DNA of 64,000 nucleotides from Zygnema circumcarinatum SAG 698-1b (lineage: Eukaryota > Plantae > Zygnematophyceae): the NCBI GenBank assembly GCA_037447605.1, contig CM074810.1, forward strand, positions 898,760-962,759, written 5' to 3'. Below are positions 41,885 to 54,400 of this stretch, one piece after another. The notes under the pieces are model-generated. The model had not been told where the DNA came from. It ran no database searches and saw nothing but the letters and a program-made list of their open reading frames with translations. How positions within the stretch are numbered: the stretch's first letter is position 1; each line of letters opens with the position of its first letter. The translations under genes and the position numbers were made by a program.

Positions 41885-43280
41885 ACGCAAACCATTACAT
41901 TACACCTCAACTGTACTTGCCCCCAGTCCCCCACTCACCTCCTTCCTGCTCAACGCCCTCCCTACCCTAGCAAGCCCTCCCTCCCTCCCTCCCTGTAGCC
42001 CAGCCAGGCCACGCCTCGGCCTGCACCCAGCCCACGCCCTAACCCTAAATCTGCCCCACCCCGCCCCCGTTCGCGCCGAGCGCTTGCCCTCGCCCCCCCC
42101 CCTCTCTCCTCCCCTGCAGCAGCAGCAGAAGGGCGAGCGGGCGGGCGGGTCTCCAGAGGCAGGCAGGCAGGCAGGCAGGCAGGGAGGGAGGGTCTCCTCG
42201 CAGCCCGAGAGCAGGTTCGCTGCAGGACTGCCGGCACGTGTCCACGCGGCACGTTCTCAGTCGTCGAGCAAAGCAGTCGCCACGTGGCATGCTCTCATTC
42301 GTTGTGCAGAAGCCATACTCCACGTGAAGCGTTCCCATTCGTCTGGAGCGGACCAGTTCTGACGAAAGCAAAGCGCATGCGGCCGCCGCCCTTGCGCGGG
42401 GGAGCGACTTTATCCACGCGTCCGGTGAGTGACGTCATCTGCCCATCTGCACGGCTGTAGCGGCCGCCTTTGGAGGTTCGCGATTGTTCTGAGGCCACTC
42501 CGATTTGTACGGACCGCAGGAAAGGTCGCAGTTCTGCATTGCGAATGACGTCACGCAGGACGGCTGTAGCCGCAAGGCATTTTCCGCGTGGGAATGTCCG
42601 GATTCCCGGTCATGATGACTGACGGATGGCGGATCCGAATCTGGCTTGTCGTTTTTAGTGAGGGCCGAACGTGCCATCGTACGGACACGTGTTGGCTCGC
42701 CTGTAGGAGAATCTTTATTGTACGAACACAATGTCGGAGCGTGTCAGACAAAGAGCGCCGACCAATCAGAAGGCGCAGATGGCACGCGAGGCCAGGGCGG
42801 CAATTTTGTCGTTTTCTTCCACGCTTGGACGTATCAAGCCCTCGAAAGTCGTCGATGCAGCCGCTGCCGCCGGTTCCGTACGCCCTCGCCGGCGGCCGCC
42901 ACATGGAACCGTAAATATTAGGGCCACCCGTTAAAACCGTACAACGCAACTGCGAGTACGTGAAAGAGGCGCAGGGAGCCGCTGGAGGGCCATCCTCCGA
43001 GCGCAAGCCCTAGGCGCGGTGGCGACTGTGCCATGTTCATGTTCATGTTCATGTTGCTCGCATGCATGCATGCCCAACTCTGTCCCCGCTTTGTGCAGGT
43101 CTAGGAATTGACCTCGAGTAAGTCAACTCACAGCAATCCAGACGGGTGCTAGATAGTCTATGACTACGTAGGCTATGATTTATCGCCCGTTTTATGGAAA
43201 AAAAATGAGCAAGGCTTGTCTGTTAGGGTTTTTAGGGTTTGTAGCAGTCAGTAACGTGCGCATGGTCGCAGGGCGAGAAC

Positions 43281-43841
43281 GTGCCATTTGTGCTTTTGAA
43301 TCTGTTGCAAGCTTTGCTGTTGCCGCCCTGTTTGGATTCGGTAACGGCAAGTGCTTTCAGGCAGAAGCAGCACAACGCTCCGCCTGCCAGTTTTTGGAAC
43401 AGTGGTAAAGGCGCCACTTTTGCTATCAAAACCTTAGAAAAAGAAGCAGCCAAAAAATCGCCACCGTCACCTCTTATCACCTCTACTTTACAACAAGCAG
43501 TCGGCAGTAAGCTGCGCTTTTCTGTTACGCGTACAATGCTGTTGACCCAGCCCCTCTGCGAGGCGGGTAAGAGCACTGGCTCGGTAAACTTCTCCCAAGA
43601 AGCTGTGGCAGGCGCACAGCAGAAAGTTGATGCTGCTTATGGGGCTGATTACTTTCGACCGTACAGGCCGTACAAGACCAAGTCAGCCACAGCCCAAGAA
43701 GCCAACGAAGCGATTCGGCCTCTACAGAATTTTCCAAAAGGGCAGTGGACAAAAAAAATTGGAGAGCAGCGGCTCTATGCATTCATTGCTTCGCAGATGG
43801 CTGATGCGGCAGCTAGAAAACACAGTGGCTGCAATAGCTAG
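43281..43841 (+). CDS. Hypothetical protein or terminal exon, no recognisable family
   Basis: Non-repetitive 186-codon open frame preceded by a plausible acceptor (TCGCAG, 43270). The first ATG is only at ~43536. Confidence 0.3.
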   Translation: MPFVLLNLLQALLLPPCLDSVTASAFRQKQHNAPPASFWNSGKGATFAIKTLEKEAAKKSPPSPLITSTLQQAVGSKLRFSVTRTMLLTQPLCEAGKSTGSVNFSQEAVAGAQQKVDAAYGADYFRPYRPYKTKSATAQEANEAIRPLQNFPKGQWTKKIGEQRLYAFIASQMADAAARKHSGCNS

Positions 43842-45089
43842 TTCCACAACGCCGCATACTCTAGCAGCCAGGGGAAGTAATCAAATTTGAAGGTTTTTCA
43901 AAGGTTTATGTCGCTGCACAAGACAAAGAAGAGTTGTCTGAGGAGAACCAGGGTGTGCTACCTCCCTTGCCCATAGGCCCTAAAAACCCTAAAAACCCAA
44001 CTCGCTCTAAGGTCTTAAACCCTCCCTCAATCCTCGCCTCCATATTCAAACGACGTCAACGGGACGACCCTGAACCCTAACGACGTCGCGCCTGCTTCAT
44101 GTTTCGTACGACTCGACCGTACAATGGACAGCCTGCCATATTGTACGACAAGAACTCCGCTGAATTGACAGGACTCAGGAGTGAGCGTGGACCCGGTCCC
44201 GTACGGACGCGTCACCTCGAGGCGCTGGCAGGGCGAGGGGCATCGCTCAATATATCGAACCGATACGAGAGGGGGGGGGGGGACGCGCGCGCCTGGACGC
44301 TTGTTTCCATGTGCGCCGTTCCACGTTCCGTTCGGGGGCACGACACGGCGCCACCAACGGGCTGGGCCCTAGCGTGGTTGTTCACGCACATCACATGGCA
44401 TGACATGACATGACATGGGGCATGCAGGCACTTGGGTCAATTACGGTACTACATTTTGGGAGTATTTGAAAAGAAGCAGAATCATACACTCGAACTGCGA
44501 CAAACATGGAAGTGTATGCTAGGAAAGAAAACATTTGTAGAATGGAAATGCTTTCAAAGATAGATAGTAGCTACACGAATAGAAATTACATGCTGGGCAA
44601 AATAATGCATGCAACTAGAAAATGGTGCCAACCCTCGCCACTGGTTGCAGCCGTTGGTTGTTGAGACGTGAGTTGCAGTTGCCAATTGTCGTGTCATTTT
44701 GTGCTTTCTAGGTGAAGGTTCCAGCCATTGCCAATGTTTGGCAGCCATTGGAAGGTTGATGGATGGACCAGCCAACCAGTGGTAATGGTTGGAACCAACC
44801 ATTGGACTGAACAGTGCGCGCGCCCTGGCGCCTGCCTCCAGTGCAGCGCCAGACAGGCAGGCTCCGTGCAGGGCAGGGCGCCGGAGAAGAAACGAGCACT
44901 GTAACTACTACTGCCTGTCAAACATGCAGCGCAGTCCTGCCCTTGCCTGAGCAGCTGAGCCTCAGGGTTCGCTGTTCGTTGGGTTTAGCAGGCAGCGATA
45001 ATTCATGGCTGACAGTGTTGCCATGGCAGCCAGGGAGCAATCCGTAGGGGAAATGGAGATTTGCTTCCCGTGAAGCTCGTTCTGGTAGA

Positions 45090-46428
45090 ATGGTTCTTAA
45101 AGCAGGGCTTGTGGCGAGTCGCTGCTGCGGAGCTGCTCCCGGAAAGGCTGTTCCGTCATGGTTGGGGGTGATTGCAGTCTCTGGGAAGAACATCAGTCCC
45201 ACTGAAGGAGATCGGAGTTGTTTCATGCTCCTTCCACAGATCTCGCATAGAGTCTCAGTTAGGGTTGTGAGTGTCGGAGAGAAACCACGGGTGCCTGGCC
45301 CTGCATTCGCTGGGTGGAGAAATCGTGCGTATCCTGATGAAGCCTCGCCTCAACCAAGCGCGTCCTCAAGCTATGGCTTGCAACTGGATGTGTGCGACAG
45401 TGTGCAGAACAGTGTGCCAGGGCTAGTGCCAGTTTCAGGTTGCAGTAATGCAGATTATTTTCGAGGAGCTACAGCAGTAGGGATCATATCTTCGTTTGGA
45501 CTTATTCTGGCGACACCGAGTGATGCGGCAGAGCTCATTGACGTTACAAATGGAGGCAGCGATCTTTATCTTTCCCTTCAGGGATGGCTGAGTTCAGAGC
45601 CGCTGTCAGAGTCTATGGAAGCTGTGCAGGTGTCTCTCCAGGCCTTGGGCAGCGCTGCTCAAGCTTTCGATTCCTTTCCGCCGTTCCAGCTGGTACGGTC
45701 TTCTCTTGAGAAAAAAAATTCTTAATGATCCAAAGGGAAGTACGCATGTGAGTCAGTTAACTTTCTGAAATGTCCTTGGCATGGTGGCTCTGATCCAATA
45801 ATTCAGCGATCACCTAAATTCGAGCAAATAGCATACAAGTGCTATACCCTGAGCGCACGAAAGAGGCTAGTTGAAAAGTCCTTACATTGATACAGTAAAG
45901 TATACAGAATAGTGAAGTAGTGCTGCTTGACCAGTGAAAGCATACGTTGATTGACAGCCGAGCTACCATTTATGTCTGGTAATCACCGTTTCAAAGGTCT
46001 GTAGATGCACAAGACGTGGTTGTCTGATCAAGGACATACGGCAGTATCGTGAAGTCTCTTGTTTGAGCAGAGTGAAGTTGCATTAAAAAAGATTCACCTC
46101 AGTAAGCAGAACGTTTCATTCCTATTTGCTCCATTAAAGAAGCATGGTTGATTGCTTGATGTATCTTAATGGTAGGGAATGATGTTCGATGTCACCATAC
46201 CACTGTAATTCTCATGCCTGAGCTTTGTGCCTTTGTGCCGTGCAGAGTGTACCAACAAATGAGGCAATATTTTCTATGTACAGTGGCATCTTCTCTTCCA
46301 TTGCTGCTCTGTCTTCGGCCGTTTGGGCTGGACTGAAGCTGTCCCAAGGAGGAGCTGCTCCATCTATCGCTTTCTATGCTTCTATTAGCCTCCTGCTCTT
46401 GGCTATTCTGAATCAGCCTCGAGATTGA
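45090..46428 (+). CDS. Hypothetical, probably plastid-targeted membrane protein (two exons)
   Basis: Exon 45090-~45693 (S/R/A-rich transit-like N-terminus, hydrophobic stretch then PSDAA|E) spliced to 46246-46428, which encodes two hydrophobic helices ending NQPRD*. Confidence 0.55.
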
Positions 46429-46766
46429 AGCACGCCATGGCCATGGCGTTGAGATACGATTTTGAAGTCCTTCTGAATGCATAGGTTCACATGTTTTTAT
46501 TCCAGTCATTTCTGCCCTGTGAAGTGTGGTAGTTGACTTTGACCTACCGCGATCATTATAGAAAGGCTAGGTGAAATCTGGGACGTCTTCTGTCAATAGG
46601 CCCCTTGTCCTCACCCCATCATTCATTTCCAGTAATAAATTCAGAGCTGCCAAGCAGAGAGAACAAGCTTAAATAGGGCACCCCACGGAGCTGAATTCAT
46701 GTTGTTTTTGAATGTTGACAATGAAGCATTTTTTTAGGCCCAATTTGCGTTTTGCTTTTGGCTCTG

Positions 46767-46914
46767 GAGGGTTTCAGACTTAGAAAAGTTTCACACATTT
46801 GAGAAAATCAAAATCAGTAAAAACGTTTTCTCGTTGTTTAAGTAGTAATCGCGGAATAAAAGTTAAGGCTTTCAAAACAGATATGGTATCGATTTTTTCA
46901 CGTCTGAAGCCCCC
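46767..46914. mobile_element. MITE, same family as 35266-35402
   Basis: Left GAGGGTTTCAGACTT, right ACGTCTGAAGCCCCC (12/15); 148 bp. Confidence 0.7.
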
Positions 46915-46944
46915 ACAATGTTTTGGACCTTGTATTGTTGCGTT

Positions 46945-47190
46945 GTGTTGTGCATGTGCTATTGTATGTTGTGGTCCTAGCGAAGGATGCGTGTTGTGGA
47001 TTGTCCTGTGCATGCTGTACATTGTATTGTGCACTGTGTTGTGCATTGTTTTGTGCATGTGCTATTGTATGTTGTGGTCCTTGCGAAGGATGCGTGTTGT
47101 GGATTGTATTGTGCATGTTGTGCATTGTATTGTGCAGTGTCGTGCATTGTGTTGTGCATTGTTTTGTGCATGTTGTTGTGCATTGTGTCC
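46945..47190. repeat. Tandem repeat, ~103-bp period, built from TGCATTGT-like subunits
   Basis: TGCATGTGCTATTGTATGTTGTGGTCCT-GCGAAGGATGCGTGTTGTGGATTGT recurs at 46951 and 47054. Confidence 0.85.
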
Positions 47191-47670
47191 CTCCTAATGG
47201 TGCTTCCTCCCTCCCTCCGTCCCTCTCTCCCAGCTCCAAACCGGTCCCGCAGCAGCCCCCCCCTGCGGTAATTACTAACAGGGCCCGCTGTAGCTGGCTG
47301 TAGCCGCCAATCTGTAGCGCCCTGCCTGTACTGTACGGTACTGTAGCAGCGCGGCCGAAAGTTCCGCCGTCTGCCCTCCGCAGTCCAACGCCCCCTACGG
47401 CGCCACGTGGCAATCTAGAGCGGTGCCACGTGGCAGCTTTGGGCGCGTGGTAATCTAAAGTGGCGCCACGTGGTACTCCCTTTCGGAAGCCTGCTCCGGG
47501 GCAATTAGGGTTGGGGGAGCTCTGCGGTGTTAGTGGGAAGGTTAGGGGAAGGGGGAGGAGGGGTACTGAGCGAGATAGGGACAGAGAGAGAGAGCAGGGG
47601 ACAGGGAGGCGTTTCCTGACCATTTAGGGGCTCAGGGTCAGCAAGGGCGGGCTTGGAAGGGGGAGGAAGG

Positions 47671-49836
47671 ATGGTGTGGCTGACAATGGCGGCCGTTGTT
47701 GCTGCTGCCTTCTGTGGCATGGCGGCGGCTGACTACCCCGATGAAGGTAACAAGGCACTCATTTGCAGCAGCGTTTTCAAAAACTGGACAGCTGGCATTC
47801 GTTCAAATCATGCAGGACGATTTTATGCTCTGTTTTTTTCAATTACTGATGAAAGCATATGGTGAAGAAATCAAATATGCCGCTCCAGACCTCTAGTAGC
47901 TATTTTCTGGCAGCTTGGAACTCATATCATGGTGTTGATAGCGTTATGCACCAGCATGGGCCGCAAAGTACTGTATCTTTTGTTTCCCACCGTCATTACT
48001 CTCTTTGAAATGTTTTAGAAAATCGCCAGGTTCCTAGCCCTTTATGCATTGCGAGGTTTTTAAGCCATTGCGTATAAGTGAGGACGAGGAAGAGGGAGGG
48101 CGATAAAGAGGTTTGCAAGAGAGGGTTTGAGTGCAAGGCACTTCCTTCAATCTGTTTAGGGAGCTGCCCCGGTATGTCCTTTTGCTGTTTCCTGTCGGCC
48201 GTAAAGGAAGACACGTAGCCCGCAATGCACAGTTGGTCCTGCTCTTGGAAAAGCATCTGGCGTCGACTTCTAATAGAGATTGCTTCGCACTGACGTGAAC
48301 AATTGGATATTTTGAAGGATGAAGATGCTGGTGAGGTGATGTGATGTGAGCAGGTTGCTTCTGGACCGGCAGTTGTGTGAGCGGTTGGTCGGGAGGATGC
48401 GGCGAGAAGCGAGTGATTGTAGCCAAGTCGCAGAACTGCGCAGGCCTCTGCCCTTCTCCGCAGTACCCTCCCTGCCCCCTCTTCACCACTCACTTCCAGT
48501 GCTGCAACCAAAGTGAGTGGAAAAAGCATAACTACTTTGTGCTATCTTCCTTTTGATGGTTTTTCAAGACAGTGGATCTTCCTGATCATCCCTGGGAAAA
48601 ACACAGTTTGTGGTGCTTCAATTCCAGGTGCTAGGGCATTGATGGAAAATCTGCGGCCTGCTTCTTGTTGTGGGTTTCGCAGTGAAGCCGCGAGTAGGTG
48701 CGGTCTGCCCTAATTGTGATCGGAGGGTCGACTTTGGCAAGGCATACATCTGCTGCGAGGATTGTTCTGAGCCTGTGATCACTGATAAGGAGACGGGAGC
48801 AGGCTTCTGCATGACGGGGGCACGACTAGCATTGACACTTAAACCTGTCGGTGAGTTTTATGATGGGGAAATTTTAAATGATTTTTCGCAGATTGAGGCA
48901 TGATCCGGAAATGCGAATAAGGAGAATTACAGATTGTAAAGTTCATGGAAGAGGAGGACATGGTTTCTGCCTTCTGTTAGGACCTTTGAGCAATGAGAGA
49001 GAAGACTCCGCAAAGCACGTTATGTATACTTCTGTATATGCTACATGTTAACCTCATGCATTTTTCATTGACGTCGAAACATCATGAACCTGTTTTTTAA
49101 ACGTCTGTAATATCGTTAAGCACAATTCAGTGAAAGTTGCGTTTTGCTGTCAGTAAGCTCTCCATTAGAGAGGGCGACATGTGTATTCAAGTTCTGAAAC
49201 TTGTATGGTTGGTTTGCAAGTCTGGACCCAGTTATCCTTCTTGCACGGAATGCTTACATGAAATCAGCATCCCTTGACATGTCATGTGCAGATGTGTTCA
49301 AATGGGACACTGGAGCATGGGAAAACTGTTCATCATCATGCGGGGGGGGCACAAGGAAGCGAAAGGTGGCATGTCGTAAGGTGGACCACCTCTCCGGAAA
49401 GCTTTCAGGTCCGAATGTGGACTCTGAAAATTGCGGCGAGGCGGTAAGATGAACAAATCTTGCGACTTCAGCCTTCCTTTGCCTCAGGCCTTCAGGCTCG
49501 TGCATGTTTTTGTTTTTTTCGGTACGTCAATGCCTTACTTTGAGTACGATTATGACAAATGTTTTTCTCATTTCAATTATGATTACTGCTGCTGTCCAGC
49601 CTGCTATGGAGGAAGCTTGCAATCTGCATCCCTGTTCACAGAAAGAGGTGAAGAAGCTTCATACCAGCCAGGGAACGGAGAGGAAGAGACGGCACATGTC
49701 AGGATGGCTTATTGCACTTATCTCGATTTTTTCCTTTGCCGCTGTGGCGGCCATGGTGGCTGCAGGCTACGTTTACTATCAAAGGTTTGCACCTCCTTTT
49801 GGAGCTTCTCTTCCTTATGTGTCATTGGTGGGTTAG
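47671..49836 (+). CDS. Cys-rich type-I membrane protein with a thrombospondin type-1 (ADAMTS-like) repeat, spliced
   Basis: Exons 47671-47746, 48354-48512, 48683-48850, 49292-49443, 49600-49836. Signal peptide; CFWTGSC...CC; CPNC...CCEDC...C; FKWDTGAWENCSSSCGGGTRKRKVAC...C...ACNLHPC; TM helix WLIALISIFSFAAVAAMVAAGYVYY; short tail. Confidence 0.85.
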
Positions 49837-51437
49837 GGAAGTCTTGGATCCACTAATGCTTGGGGATGAAGCAGGAGTTGAGTGTTTATGCTCGGCGGCA
49901 AAAACGAAGAAGATCATTTGGGGCATGACTGCTTAAACTGTGAATTTGCAAAGGGTAGTGGCACGTAGTGACACAACGAATATGAGGAAAGGTTGAAAGG
50001 TTTTCTCTTTCCCCCTTTGATTTAGTCATTTGTTGGAGGGGTTGGCAGTCTAGGCACCCGTAGTGCACTGATAGTTTTAGAGTTAATCTAATCGTGCTTT
50101 GTGGAGGGGATGCAGGTATCAAACCAAAGATCAGGGATTCGTCTATGTCATGCTGGAAGGCTACAACTAGCTCCATGGCAGGAGTTAGTTTACATATAGG
50201 CATGAGAGCTGCTGCCAAAGAGCAGCCCTGTACAGAGATGGCCTGTTCCTTATTCAGTTCCGTAACGGTGGTCAACTGAATGGGGATATGGCGTAGAGCA
50301 CATTCGGCTACTTTATGCAACATTCTTATATCCTTCAATCAAGCAACGACCTGTACGGTCGAGGGGTAGACTGCTTCTTATTTCTGGGCATACCGCATTG
50401 CTTTAGGGCACACTCTTCACTGGAGATGTCAGTTGTATCGCTTCCGTCCGATGACCCTTCACAGTTGGGCTCCTTGTTTTGTTTTTGGCCCTTCAAGTTT
50501 GAACATCCAGGAAGGCAACGTATTTACCATAGTAGTCCGTTGCCGACCCTCTGACTGGTGGAGAAGTTGTAGGATTGAGCTTGGATACAAGAGTGCAATG
50601 CACACATTGTCAAGTTCTCCCTTGGTATTTTTAGAATATGGGATCTGGAAACTCTCTTCTTTAAAAAAAAAAAAAAAAAATCATGAGGGGTGGTGTGAAG
50701 GTGACGTTGAGAGAAGTCACAGCTAATGAAAAAAGAGAGCCTAGAAGTAGGGTTCCAGGCAATAGGGGGTTGTAGACTTAGAAAGTTTCACTTTTGGTAT
50801 TCGAAATTATTATACGCTTTCACACGATATGAAGAGAACTAGAAAAAAACAAATTCCACATCAACTTTTTCAACTCTCAGGCTTCCTAAGGGTTGATCTG
50901 GAAAATGAATGCCAGTTTTCACATGGGTAAGCTCCTGCTGCCGCTGCTGCTCACCCCCCGTCCAAGTGAACGGTGTTTCCGCCCCGAAAATATGCAAATT
51001 AGCGATCAGAGGAGGAACTAAAGACGGAGGGGAAACTGAAGCCTGAAGCCGCTCCCCAATTGAAAATACGGGGTTTATGGTTTAAGGGTTTTGAGGTTTA
51101 CGGCTTGGGGTGAAGGGTTCAGGTTCAATGTTTAGCCATGTAAGCGATGTCGCAAATGCGGCCGTTGGATGTGCCACGTGGACGCACGCGACATCCTGGC
51201 CGTTGGAGCTGCATGCCACCTCTGTGAGAAGGCCTGCCAGCGTGGCGGGCTGCGATTGGCCCCACCCAACAGGTAGCGAGTGGGCCACCCGCCATTGGAT
51301 CGCCAACCATTGAAAACACATTGGCAATGGTTGGCAGTGCGGTGGCTCGCAACCATTGGCACTGGTTTTGCAACCATTGGCAATGGTAGATCCAATGGCC
51401 CGACCTGTGCATCGCTGCTATGCTTTAAGCGGCAGCC

Positions 51438-54400
51438 ATGGCCATGGAGGGCTGCCCATGGCTGCTTCTCGCTGCGCTCCTCCTGCTGGCAGCCTCATCT
51501 TCCTGCAGCGCAGACCTTTTCAACGGGGAAGCAGAATATGAGCAGGAGGACCCTGACTATGGATATGGTTTGCAAGAAGACGACGGCAGCCATGGCAAAC
51601 AGGATGCTTCGTTCTTCGAAGTGTTCGACGGAGAGGAATTGGAGGAGGAGTTTTCCGGATGGGATTATGCATATGGGAAGGAGGGAGAAGAGGGGGCCTC
51701 CATCTTGACGCGTATTCAGAGGCCGCGGCCAGATCATCTCAGACGGCGGATATCGGAGAAGGATGTGCAGGAGAGTGTTGCAGTCGACGAGCTGCTTCAG
51801 TGGATGCATGCAAATGGGGCCGGGGGAGTCGCGATGTCTGACAGGAAGCTGGAGGTAAGACTGCATTGGTAAGTTTATGGACATAATTTCCTTCATCTCT
51901 GAAGAGGGGTGCTTTTTGGAACGCTTGATGCTGATCCAGCAGCAGCCCTTGTCCTTACCGTATTTCTAGCTTGCATCTCGGAGGCTATACAAATGAGTTA
52001 TTTCACAAATGTGGATTCAAGCTTGAAAAACACGTCTCTTCTTATCGTCTTTTCTGTCTCTTTCTTCCCCCCTTCCTTCTCTCCCTCTCTCGAATTTCCG
52101 AATGTTGCTGGCTTTAAAACATTTGAAAAGAAGATTGCCACATTGTGAAGCCGTTTTTCGCCCTACATTGCTGTTGGGACAGGTGGCAGTAGTAATCGAC
52201 TCGGGAGTCTTTGCGGAACCACAGTCAGTTGAAATACCAAAGCAGAAATTGAGAGACGGCGGGGAGCGCTCGGAATTTGGACTCAGTGCAGCTGCGGATT
52301 TTGTGAAGGGAGAAACACTTTTCTCTATTCCCAAAAGCTTGTGGGTATCGGATCAGCATGTTGCCAATGAAGTCCTCCCTTATGAAGGAGCTCCCTATGA
52401 TGTTGTTTTGGCGGGGTGGATTTTGCGTGAGGTGGCAAAAGGACGCTCCTCGTTTTGGGCCCCCTTTGTAAACATCTTTCCAAAGAAGATTCAACTACCG
52501 ATATTTTGGACACCAGCTCAACTTGAGGAGATTGACTATCCTTCAGCCATTAAAAAGGTGACTTTGTGCTCATGTTCAAGATGGAAATGTATGCTCTGAA
52601 ACCTTCCCATTATCCTTAGGGATGAGACTGGAAAGGATGTTTCTGTCTCTGTTTTCAGTCTGTACAAGCAATTTCGAATGCAATGTGCCCCCTCTCTAAC
52701 TTGATATCCTGTCCAAGTCACTAAATGTTTTAGGTCGCCGATGCCATTCCAGAAGGCTAATTGAATAGCTTCTCAAATTATTGCTTACTGATGCTTACAC
52801 GGTTTATTGATTTTTTATCAAGTTGAAGAAAGTATGATTTTTGTTGTCGAATTCATATCACAAGCATATATCCGGCGGCACAATTGTTCTCTGAATGCTT
52901 CCCACAAATTGCAGTTTTGCACATGCGAGCATATACTCTTAGTGACTCTCTAACTGAGGGCTATGCATTCGATAGTCATAATTGGTTACTAGACTAATGC
53001 ATCTATTAGTAATTAACAATCAAAGATAGAAAATTAACAGTAGATTTTTTGATAACGATCAGTAATGAACAATAGATCTAAAAGACAGTAGCAATAGAGC
53101 AATAGAATTCTCATCCAAGTAGATGGGTTGTGCTGTGAGGCACTGCATGCATGCTTGTGAAAAGCAGCTACTGTTCTTGTTGACCCATATTGTGACCGAA
53201 GGAAGGAGCTCTGCAACCTCAGTGATTCTATTTGAATTTGAGCCAACCACATGTATGTAGTTTCTGAATGGACGATCTTGTTGTGCAGGTGAGGAACATG
53301 CGTGCTTATCTTGCAAGCGAGCATGCAAAGTACAAGCGGGGAACGGATAGCTCCACTTCATACGATGAGTTTGCGTGGGCCATGGCCCTCGTTTGGACGC
53401 GCTGCTTTCATCTCGAGTTTCTTCAAGGGGGGGGGGAGGGAGAGGGAGTTGGTGCAAGGGAAGCTTCATTTTTGCTTCCATTTCTCGACTTGGCGAACCA
53501 CGGCTTTGAGGCTCAGGCACATTGGGAGGTGGGGCAGACTCTTCTTCTGATAAGGGAATTACAGTTCACATTGTAGAGATGCATGAATGGGAGAGAATTG
53601 ATGCAATTGACATCAACATTCTAAAGAGGACATGGAAGCTATCCCAGCCATCGCATGTAAGAAAAGGACGCTTGTTTTGCAATTCAGCTGTATGGTTGTG
53701 AGGTAGTGGGTGGGGTCACGAGATTGAGACTCTGCTTAACTGCTTGAAGAACTTCAAGCAAGCTGAGAGATGAAAATGAAACGAAAGGGAGAGAAGGCTA
53801 ATAAAGCAACTCGAGGTTGTGGGAGGGCTTCAGGAGCATCCTAGTGGTGACACGGTGACAGTAAAAGCAATTGCGGATGTCGAAAAGGGCATGCAAGTGC
53901 ACCTGCTATATGGGTCGGAAGACAACGAGTGGTTTCTGACAGAGTATGGCTTTGTTCCTGAACCCAACCCACACAATAGCTTCCCTCTATTCAAGAGGGT
54001 TTCAGACATGGTCCACTGGTACAGCAGCACTTATTGGAGTCAAATGGAAGAACAAGCTCTCCTGCTTTCTCCAGAACGTGCAGTGGATGCGGCAGAAGTG
54101 GAAGCGAAAAAGGCAATTGCGGCTGTAGTGAAGCATGTGGGAGGGAGGGAAGAGCCGAAGGAGAGAAATGGACCCGAATTTGAGCTTCAAGATGGGGCAG
54201 GGTTTGCCCTGTGGCCGGAAGCTCACATTGACCCGCGAGCTTTAGCGGCGATTGCTGCAACTTATTTCAGCTATTCGAAATCTGCAGGTGCGACTAAACT
54301 AACCCTAATTGCTCCTTGGGGTCTGGTCCTGACTATCAATTATGCAGATGGGTGGGTCTGAAACCATAGGCATAACCTGCACCCAATGAAAGTTCTTAGT

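Noticed and set aside
41544-42362. Poly-Q, Pro-rich 272-aa ORF
   Set aside because: Antisense to the GINT1 leader region and composed of low-complexity repeats ((CAG)n, (CAGG)n, CT-rich).
46898-47623. Cys/His/Thr-rich ORFs resembling metallothionein or mucin
   Set aside because: Translations of the 103-bp TGCATTG tandem repeat.
49886-50338. 150-aa minus-strand ORF downstream of the TSP1 gene
   Set aside because: No motif or splice support; probably 3' UTR or intergenic.
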